Source: an uncultured Bdellovibrionales bacterium (GTDB taxonomy: Bacteria; Patescibacteriota; Minisyncoccia; Moranbacterales; UBA1568). From it: DNA of 64,000 nt. The stretch is taken from assembly GCA_964384235.1 (NCBI GenBank), contig CAYLJX010000002.1, positions 4,126 through 68,125 on the forward strand. Reading direction: 5' to 3'. Positions within the stretch are counted from its first letter, which is position 1; every line of letters begins with the position of its first letter. The notes beneath the pieces were generated by a model that made no database searches, was not told where the DNA came from, and saw only the letters and a program-made list of their open reading frames with translations. A program made the translations under genes and the position numbers. This document shows, piece by piece, positions 29,417 through 36,931 of this stretch.

Positions 29417-31306
29417 ATGACTTTTTTCAAAAAAAACAAAAAGAAAAATCTTTTCGTGTTTTTCTTGCTCCTCTTTATCGTGGGAGGTGTTTTGTTTTTC
29501 ATAGGGAACGATGCGGCTTTAGCTCAGGAAGCTAGTGGAGCACCAGAGGGGGACTCCTCTTGGATAGGAGACAAGGTAACCATTCTTTTCAAGGCGATAT
29601 TTTACGGGGTTTTCGTAGCGTTCGGATATCTGACCTCTCTCGCAGTAACCATCTTTGGTTGGGCTGTCAAACCGGAATTCATCTCCGGAAACACGGGGTT
29701 TCTCAACCGGGCGGCGATTTACGATCTTTGGAAATTCATCCGTGACTTCTTCAACCTGTTCTTCATCATCGTACTTCTTTACACGGCCTTCACTATCGTC
29801 TTCCAAGTGGCCAAGGATTACAAGAAAGCGCTCCTCAATCTCGTCATCATGGCGCTTCTGGTGAACTTCAGTTTCCCTATTTCGCGCTTCATCATCGACA
29901 CCGCCAATGTCCCGATGTATTTTTTCATCAATCAGGCCATGCCAAGTAACAAGGGAGAGGAGGCTTTCGGGACGATTCTCAGCGCATCGAAGATTCAGGA
30001 TATCCTCATCCCCGGGTATAGTTCCGGCAATGGGTGGGATTATGTCAAACAGGACAGCGTGTATTTCAGCTACCTCATCATAGCGATCATCTTCATGTTC
30101 CTTTTTTCCATATCGCTTCTGGTCCTGGCAGTAATGCTCGTCGTTCGTCTCATTGCGCTCGTCATCCTGGTGATCTTCTCCTCGGTCGGGTTCGCGGCGA
30201 CGATCATGCCCGGCTTCGACAAGTACGCCAAGATGTGGTGGGACAACCTGCTCAAGTACGCCTTCTTCGGTCCGGCCGCCATGCTCATGATGCTCATCGC
30301 GGTACGGTTCCTCGGGGCGATGCGGGAGGATGCCACATACAGCAATATCAAAAGTGTGGCGCTCAATAATGCCAGTTCGGCCGATTATATCGCCTCCATG
30401 GCGCTTTTCAGTATTCCGATCATCCTCATTTGGTTCTCTATCGGTCTCGCGCAGCAGTTCTCCATCGCCGGCGCGAGCATGGTCACTGGTAGGGGGAAGC
30501 AGTACGGAAAGTGGCTTGCGAAAAAGACATACAATAATCCATTGACGAATAATGCTTGGACAAGGGGAACTGCCTCCGGTCTGAAAGAGCGTGCTGAGAG
30601 CAATAAGTATGTCAAGTGGGTCATGCCGAAGACGTATTCCGATTTGAGCAAGAAGAAAGAGGAACAATATAAGGGATATGCATCCGGCGGAGCTACCGGA
30701 AAGGCAAGGGTTATCGAGAATCAACACAACAAGAAGGTGGCGGAGAAAGAGAAGGGGATGGATGAACTTCGCATAAGCGAGTCCCAGATGAAGCAAATGA
30801 TCGACCCGGCCAATAGTGGTAAATATAGTGCGGCGGAAAAGGAGGCCGCAGTGAATCTCTTGAATAAGAAAGAGAAGTTCGGCAATGCCGGCGAACTGCA
30901 TAACGCCGTCGAGGCGATCAAGGCTGCCAACAAGAACGAAAGCGCCCAGAAGGAAAAGATCACCGAACTCCTTAAGAAGGTAAAGGGTGATGGTCTCGAT
31001 GGTATGAGTGTGGCGCAGTATGACAATATCGCGAACCTTGGTCCGGAAATGAAGAAGGAGCTTGATAAGAAGCTGAAGAAAGAAGGAAAAACAAATGTGC
31101 TCGTTGAAGTCGAGATGAGAACTCCGGGCGCGAATCGTGCACAAATTGTCGGAGATATGCTTAAGGGGATGAAGACGGAGGATGTCGCGAAGCAAGATCT
31201 CTTTAAGGCAGGTAGTCCGAATAAGGCAGAAGCGGATGCTTGGCTCAGTTATGTCCGTACTCAGAACCCGGAGCGTTATCAGAAAATCAAGGCAGACCTT
31301 CCATAA
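29417..31306 (+). CDS. VirB6/TrbL-like polytopic membrane protein with long K/E-rich C-terminal extension
   Basis: Signal peptide, about 6 TM helices with an N-terminal extracytoplasmic region, hydrophilic coiled C-terminus; first gene of a T4SS-like cluster. Confidence 0.5.
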   Translation: MTFFKKNKKKNLFVFFLLLFIVGGVLFFIGNDAALAQEASGAPEGDSSWIGDKVTILFKAIFYGVFVAFGYLTSLAVTIFGWAVKPEFISGNTGFLNRAAIYDLWKFIRDFFNLFFIIVLLYTAFTIVFQVAKDYKKALLNLVIMALLVNFSFPISRFIIDTANVPMYFFINQAMPSNKGEEAFGTILSASKIQDILIPGYSSGNGWDYVKQDSVYFSYLIIAIIFMFLFSISLLVLAVMLVVRLIALVILVIFSSVGFAATIMPGFDKYAKMWWDNLLKYAFFGPAAMLMMLIAVRFLGAMREDATYSNIKSVALNNASSADYIASMALFSIPIILIWFSIGLAQQFSIAGASMVTGRGKQYGKWLAKKTYNNPLTNNAWTRGTASGLKERAESNKYVKWVMPKTYSDLSKKKEEQYKGYASGGATGKARVIENQHNKKVAEKEKGMDELRISESQMKQMIDPANSGKYSAAEKEAAVNLLNKKEKFGNAGELHNAVEAIKAANKNESAQKEKITELLKKVKGDGLDGMSVAQYDNIANLGPEMKKELDKKLKKEGKTNVLVEVEMRTPGANRAQIVGDMLKGMKTEDVAKQDLFKAGSPNKAEADAWLSYVRTQNPERYQKIKADLP

Positions 31307-31327
31307 ATTACCTCCTAAGCAGTTCGT

Positions 31328-32458
31328 GTGAGTCCGGAGAGAAAAAACAACCCGATCTATTATCCAATGCTTGTTTCTGATCAAGGCACTGCTGATGCAG
31401 CGGATCAGAAGATTGAGGATGCGCGTTGGAAAACGCTTCGTGCTTTATCCAAAGAAAAGCGCGATCTTCTTGTTTCTACGGAACTTCCTTTGGCTCTGAT
31501 GAGCTTACAAGACACGTATCATTTGAGCGATGTGGTCATTGGCAGCATAAGTCTCTTCATCCGAAAGATCTTTTTCGGCGAGTTGACGCTGGAACAGGCG
31601 GAGGCGAAGATCGGGAGCATACTCATGACGACCGGGGGAGGCGATCCCAACCAGGCCAAGGCAATCGTGGAGTTCATCCGAAAGGACATCATGACGATCA
31701 AGCCGAAACCGGAAGTGGAGGAGAACGATGAGATGAAGGAGGAAGAGAAGCCGGCTGCGGGAACGGTCAGTATGCCGCTCTTGCAGGCGCTGTCCAAGTA
31801 CGAGCAGCTGGCCAATCAGTTGATCACCGGAGAGCGGATCAGGATCAAGGGTCAAGGGGAGGCCGTGCGGCCGTCGCTTCTCAACTGGATCAAGTATTAT
31901 CGCGACGAGCTCGGCGTGGGCTATCACGATAACGTGCAGCGCGGACAGTTCCTCTTCCGTTCGGAGAACGGCAAGCACCTCTCCACCGAGGAGCGCGAGC
32001 GCATCAATCTCGTCCTGCGTTCCATCGAGGAGAACCTGCCAGTCCAGATCGATACGGAACGCAGTGAGATCGTGTTTCCGCGAAGCAACGCTCCCACTCA
32101 GTCGAAACCAAGAACGGACAGGGCGGACGTGATGGCCACGGCCAAAGTGGAGAAGGGACCGGCTCTCCCTGGTACTCCGGCGCATGAGACTCCGGCCAAC
32201 AGCGCGTTCGTGAGCGGTAATCTGGGTATGGTGCAGGGGACGCATTTCGGGACTTCGGAACAGAAAGCTTCAGAGAAGGGGTCGCTCAGCTTTTCTTCCT
32301 CACATGTCTTCCCGGCTGAGAAAGAGAAGGCCTCGAACCCTTCGACAAGCTCAGGGCAAGCACCGAAATCTGCTCCGCAAACTCCCCAGGCTCCCGTATC
32401 GAAACCCAATCCCTTCCGTATCCGCCCAGTCAGTCTGTCGAAGAAGAATGGCAAGTGA
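31328..32458 (+). CDS. hypothetical protein (T4SS-like cluster)
   Basis: 376 aa soluble protein; Pro/Ser/Ala-rich low-complexity C-terminus. Confidence 0.45.
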   Translation: MSPERKNNPIYYPMLVSDQGTADAADQKIEDARWKTLRALSKEKRDLLVSTELPLALMSLQDTYHLSDVVIGSISLFIRKIFFGELTLEQAEAKIGSILMTTGGGDPNQAKAIVEFIRKDIMTIKPKPEVEENDEMKEEEKPAAGTVSMPLLQALSKYEQLANQLITGERIRIKGQGEAVRPSLLNWIKYYRDELGVGYHDNVQRGQFLFRSENGKHLSTEERERINLVLRSIEENLPVQIDTERSEIVFPRSNAPTQSKPRTDRADVMATAKVEKGPALPGTPAHETPANSAFVSGNLGMVQGTHFGTSEQKASEKGSLSFSSSHVFPAEKEKASNPSTSSGQAPKSAPQTPQAPVSKPNPFRIRPVSLSKKNGK

Positions 32459-32560
32459 TAGCACGCGTGAGAGAAGAGCCGGAACGTGATATAATTGACA
32501 AGCTCTGGTATTTTTCCTCATTTCCTATCTCCTATCTCCTACTTCCTATCTCCTGTTTTT

Positions 32561-32998
32561 ATGATGTTCAGTGTCCCACAATTCATCGATGTCGAGGACA
32601 AGATCGCCGGTCCGCTCACCTGGAGGCAGCTCCTGTGGATGATCGGGATGGGAGCGATACTCCTTTTCTTTTACAGTATCTTCGATACGGCGCTCTTCAT
32701 CGTCATCGCGGTGCCGACGACGCTCCTCTTCATCGGGCTGGCCTTCTATCGGCCGAACGGCGTCTCGCTCACCACATTCATCTTTCATGGCATCCTCTTC
32801 TTCTTCCGTCCCAAGGTAGCAGTGTGGGAGCGGCCGGTACGGTCTCTCGGAGCGTCGCAGCGGACCGCCGAGGAGGCTGAGAAGAAGCGTCAGGCGGCCC
32901 TGGCGGCGGAGGCCGAGATGAAGGCGAAAAAGGATCTGAGCCAGGACAAGCTTCGTGAATTGGCGCGTATTCTGGATAGCCGAGGACGGGGAGTGTAA
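32561..32998 (+). CDS. PrgI/VirB3-like small membrane protein
   Basis: MMFSVPQFIDVEDKIAGPLTWRQLLWMIGMGAILLFF... has the two-TM architecture of PrgI-family proteins. Start at ATG 32561 within track ORF 32495-32998. Confidence 0.55.
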   Translation: MMFSVPQFIDVEDKIAGPLTWRQLLWMIGMGAILLFFYSIFDTALFIVIAVPTTLLFIGLAFYRPNGVSLTTFIFHGILFFFRPKVAVWERPVRSLGASQRTAEEAEKKRQAALAAEAEMKAKKDLSQDKLRELARILDSRGRGV

Positions 32999-33037
32999 GC
33001 GAGTTTTCTCTCCCACAATACAAACAACTCTCGAAAA

Positions 33038-33721
33038 ATGGAATTACTCAAACCAAAAAACAAGCCGGCAAGCGGCGGCAGCACACAGAAATACGTGGAC
33101 GTCGAGGAGATCCGCGACAGCGTCATCGTGCTCAAGAGCGGTGCGCTTCGTTCGGTATTGCTCGTGTCATCGCTTAACTTCGATCTCAAGTCGAGCGAGG
33201 AGCAGGATGCCATCATCGGGCAGTACCAGAATTTCCTCAACTCGCTCGATTTCCCCGTGCAGATCGTCATTTCTTCGCGACGTTTCAACATCGAGCCGTA
33301 CCTCGAGCTCCTCAAGGATCAGGAGAAGCAGCAGGAAAACGAGCTCCTGCGCTTCCAGATTTCCGAATACAAGGGCTTCATCAAGAACCTGACGGAAGTC
33401 TCGAACATCATGGCCAAGTACTTCTACGTGGTCATACCCTTTTCTCCGGTGGAGGACAAGAAGAGTGGGTTCTTCTCGCAGCTCTCCGGCATCTTCCAAC
33501 CCAAGCAGAGCATCGGGCTCCGCGGCGATCTCTTCGATACGTACAAGAGCCAGCTTTTCCAGCGCGTGGACCATGTCGCGGCGGCCCTCTCCGGAACGGG
33601 ACTGCGCGTCACGCAGCTCAATACCGAAGAGATCATCGAACTCCTGTACAACACCTACAACCCTTCGCTCTTCACGACTGCCATCGTCAAGAACATCGAA
33701 GCGGTGGAACTCGCCCCCTAA
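33038..33721 (+). CDS. VirB4-family N-terminal domain protein (split from the ATPase)
   Basis: YVDVEEIRDSVIVLKSGALRSVLLVSS...QDAIIGQYQNFLNSLDFPVQIVI resembles the N-terminal domain of VirB4/TrsE/PrgJ. Ends 12 nt before the ATPase ORF in a different frame. Confidence 0.55.
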   Translation: MELLKPKNKPASGGSTQKYVDVEEIRDSVIVLKSGALRSVLLVSSLNFDLKSSEEQDAIIGQYQNFLNSLDFPVQIVISSRRFNIEPYLELLKDQEKQQENELLRFQISEYKGFIKNLTEVSNIMAKYFYVVIPFSPVEDKKSGFFSQLSGIFQPKQSIGLRGDLFDTYKSQLFQRVDHVAAALSGTGLRVTQLNTEEIIELLYNTYNPSLFTTAIVKNIEAVELAP

Positions 33722-33732
33722 AACACATCGAC

Positions 33733-35754
33733 ATGAGCGGTATTTTTTTCAAAGACAGATATGGATCGGAGGAACTTTCCGTTCCCGACATCTCTCCGGT
33801 GACGGCCGGAGCCGCTTCGGCTGAGCCGTCTGCCGGGGTGAAGTCTTCGCCGGTCGCTACTCCTCCCTCTGTTCCCGCTCCCGCTCCTGCGGCTGTTTCT
33901 CCAAGGAGAGTCCAGGAGAAAGTCACCGAGAGGCGTCCTGAGAAAAAGGAACCGGCTCCCGGATTGTTTTCCCCGTCCCGCAGCACGAGCGAGAGCGAAC
34001 GCCTCTACCAGCAGGGTATCGCGACTATCAAGGATCTGATCGCTCCGCCCGCCATCAAGCTCTCGCCCAACAGCATGCACATCGGTGACGTGATCGCTCG
34101 CACCTACTTCGTCATCGCCTATCCGCGTTTCCTCTCGACCAACTGGTTCTCGCCGATCATCAACATCGACTTCGCGATGGATATCTCGCTCTTCGTCCAC
34201 CCGATCGACACGGCGGAGATCCTCAAGAACCTGCGCAAGTCAGCCACCCAGGTGCAGTCGCAGATCCATATCGAGGCCGAGGAGGGAAAGATCCGCAATC
34301 CCGTCCTGGAGACCGCCCTGGAAGACATCGAGAGTCTCCGTGACAAACTTCAGCAGGGGACGGAGAAATTCTTCCGCTTCGGTCTCTACATGACCATCTA
34401 CGCGCAAGATGAAAAGGATCTCAATGACAAGTGTCAGGCGGTGGAATCCATCCTCGAGGCCCAGCTCGTCTATACCAAGCCGGCCGTGCTCCGCATGGAT
34501 CAGGGATTCGCGGCGACCCGGCCGCTCGCGAACGATGTCTTGGATGTAGCCAACAACCTCAACACCGAACCGCTCTCGACGACCTTTCCGTTTGTCTCGT
34601 CCGACCTTTCTTCCAACGAGGGCATCCTCTACGGTATCAACCGGCACAACAACTCGCTCGTGCTCTTCGACCGTTTCAAGATGGAGAACGCCAACATGGT
34701 GGTCTTTGCCAAGTCCGGTGCCGGTAAGAGCTATACCGTCAAGCTCGAGGTGCTCCGCTCCATGATGTTCGGGGCGAGCGTCATCATCATCGATCCGGAA
34801 AACGAATACAAGCATCTCACCGAGACGGTGGGCGGGACGTTCCTCCAGGTCGCGCTCAATTCCGACGTGCACCTCAATCCCTTCGATCTGCCGAAGAAGA
34901 TCGACGACGAGGATAGTCAGGGTGTCTTCCGCAACACCATCGCCAACCTGGTCGGCCTCCTCCATCTCATGCTGGGATCGGTGACGCCGGAGGAGGATTC
35001 GATCCTCGACCGGGCCATCCGCGAGACTTATGCCATCCGGGATATCACGGAGATGAGCGACTTCTCACAGCTTACCCCGCAGTCGTTTCCGACCATGTCG
35101 GACCTCTATACCGTCCTCCAGAACATGGACGGGGCTGAATCGCTCGCGGCGCGTCTCGAGCGCTATACCGAGGGCATCTTCGGCGGCTTCCTCAACCGGC
35201 AGACCAACGTCGAGACGGACAATCAGCTGGTGACCTTCAATATCCGCGACCTGGAGGAGGAGCTCCGTCCCATCGCCATGTACATCATCCTGCAGTTCAT
35301 CTGGAACGAAATCCGCACGAAGATGAAGAAACGCCTCGTCGTCGTCGACGAAGCCTGGGTCATGATGCAGCATGACGATGCCGCGTCGTTCCTCTTCGGT
35401 ATCGCCAAGCGCTGCCGCAAGTACTACACGGGTCTCACCACCATCACGCAGGACATCGCGGACTTCGCCTCGTCGCGCTACGGCAAGCCAATCATCACCA
35501 ACTCCTCGATGCAGCTCCTCCTGCGCCAGTCGCCGGCCTCCATCGATTTCGTGTCGGAGACCTTTTATCTCACCGACCACGAGAAGTTCCTCCTCCTGGA
35601 GAGCAACGTCGGCGAGGGTATCTTCTTCGCGGGACAGAAGCATGCCGCCATCAAGGTGATCGCCTCCTACAGCGAGGACCAGATCATCACGTCCGACCCG
35701 CGCCAGCTCCTGGAAATCGAGGAGGCTAAGAAGGATTTCGATTCGGGAAATTAA
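33733..35754 (+). CDS. VirB4/TrsE/PrgJ-like conjugal-transfer ATPase
   Basis: Walker A VVFAKSGAGKSYT, Walker B LVVVDEAWVMM, C-terminal VirB4 motifs; about 100-aa Pro/Ala-rich low-complexity N-terminal segment. Confidence 0.85.
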   Translation: MSGIFFKDRYGSEELSVPDISPVTAGAASAEPSAGVKSSPVATPPSVPAPAPAAVSPRRVQEKVTERRPEKKEPAPGLFSPSRSTSESERLYQQGIATIKDLIAPPAIKLSPNSMHIGDVIARTYFVIAYPRFLSTNWFSPIINIDFAMDISLFVHPIDTAEILKNLRKSATQVQSQIHIEAEEGKIRNPVLETALEDIESLRDKLQQGTEKFFRFGLYMTIYAQDEKDLNDKCQAVESILEAQLVYTKPAVLRMDQGFAATRPLANDVLDVANNLNTEPLSTTFPFVSSDLSSNEGILYGINRHNNSLVLFDRFKMENANMVVFAKSGAGKSYTVKLEVLRSMMFGASVIIIDPENEYKHLTETVGGTFLQVALNSDVHLNPFDLPKKIDDEDSQGVFRNTIANLVGLLHLMLGSVTPEEDSILDRAIRETYAIRDITEMSDFSQLTPQSFPTMSDLYTVLQNMDGAESLAARLERYTEGIFGGFLNRQTNVETDNQLVTFNIRDLEEELRPIAMYIILQFIWNEIRTKMKKRLVVVDEAWVMMQHDDAASFLFGIAKRCRKYYTGLTTITQDIADFASSRYGKPIITNSSMQLLLRQSPASIDFVSETFYLTDHEKFLLLESNVGEGIFFAGQKHAAIKVIASYSEDQIITSDPRQLLEIEEAKKDFDSGN

Positions 35755-35763
35755 CGTTCGCTT

Positions 35764-36258
35764 ATGGGTGTCCGTGAGATGCGGGAAGACCTGAGGACGA
35801 TGAAGCGTGTCTCATCGCAATCGCGACGTATACAGACGGTCGTGCGCCAGGAATCCGGAGAAGGGAACTTCACAGGGGAAAAACCATCCAAGCTCCTGTA
35901 TATGGGAGTGGCGATGATCGCTCTTTTCAAGGATACCCTGGACCTGGCCATCGGTCCGCTTTTGGGGATCGTGACGGTCATCGGACTGTGTACCTCGTTT
36001 CTCATCTGGATCCTCCTCCTGGTCTTCGACCGCTCCGGCGGAAGGCACAACATGAAGCTGGCCCGAAGCGTCCTGCAGCTGGTCGTGGCCATCATAGAGT
36101 CGCTGGGCATCGGCCTCAACTATCTTCCCTGGCAGACGGCGACAGTCGTCATCCTCTATGTGATGGCCAAGAAGGCCTGGCGGAAACAGGCAAAGGAAGC
36201 GAGTGCGCAGAGGGGGCAGGGGACAGGGTATGTCGATGAGGATTTTCTCGAAGTATAG
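35764..36258 (+). CDS. small membrane protein (T4SS-like cluster)
   Basis: 164 aa with 3-4 TM helices. Confidence 0.45.
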   Translation: MGVREMREDLRTMKRVSSQSRRIQTVVRQESGEGNFTGEKPSKLLYMGVAMIALFKDTLDLAIGPLLGIVTVIGLCTSFLIWILLLVFDRSGGRHNMKLARSVLQLVVAIIESLGIGLNYLPWQTATVVILYVMAKKAWRKQAKEASAQRGQGTGYVDEDFLEV

Positions 36259-36272
36259 TCCAGAATGTATCT

Positions 36273-36926
36273 ATGGTTTCTCTCCCTTTCGATCAGAAGC
36301 GTTTCATCGTGACGGGACTGCTCGTCCTGTTTTCTCTCGGTTTTTTCGGGTTTTTCGAGGAGAGCGAAACGGTCAGTCCGGTGATCCAGAGTCTCATCGT
36401 GAGCACGGTGCTCTTCTTGGTGATTCCGGTTTTGTATTGTAAAATGGTACTCAAAGAGCCCTTGAAAAACATAGGTTGGCAGGACGGTAACGCGAAGGCC
36501 GGGACGGTTTCCGGTATCCTGGGAGTGGCTTCGGCGATCGCAGCGATATTCGCACTCATCACCTTTTCATCATTCGAGGACCACTATGGTTTTCCCGCCC
36601 TCGTGGAGGAAAACTTCTGGTGGTTCATGCTGTATGAGCTGGTTCTGGTGAGTTTCATCGCGTTCCTTTATGAGGTTTTCTTCCGCGGACTGATACAGCT
36701 TTCCTGGCTCAAGTCTCTCGGGGTGTGGGGTGTCGTGGCCCAGGCGCTGCTCTTCACGAGTCTCCTGTTTTTGAGCGGGGATATCTCCTGGCAGCAGGCG
36801 CCGCTCCTCCTCTTCAGTCCCATCGCTGGTCTCGTGGCGCACTTCTCCCGTTCCGTGTGGTATTCTTTCGCTGCCAGCTGGGTGTTCCTTTTCCTGACCG
36901 ACGTGCTTCTGCTCATCCTTCGATAA
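36273..36926 (+). CDS. CPBP-family (CAAX/Abi) intramembrane metalloprotease
   Basis: YEVFFRGL (EExxxR-type motif) and later FxxxH/H motifs; 6 TM helices. Confidence 0.6.
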   Translation: MVSLPFDQKRFIVTGLLVLFSLGFFGFFEESETVSPVIQSLIVSTVLFLVIPVLYCKMVLKEPLKNIGWQDGNAKAGTVSGILGVASAIAAIFALITFSSFEDHYGFPALVEENFWWFMLYELVLVSFIAFLYEVFFRGLIQLSWLKSLGVWGVVAQALLFTSLLFLSGDISWQQAPLLLFSPIAGLVAHFSRSVWYSFAASWVFLFLTDVLLLILR

Positions 36927-36931
36927 TCCCT

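Noticed and set aside
29519-31384. 621-aa minus-strand ORF
   Set aside because: Antisense to the VirB6/TrbL-like gene; the translation lacks TM helices or motifs.
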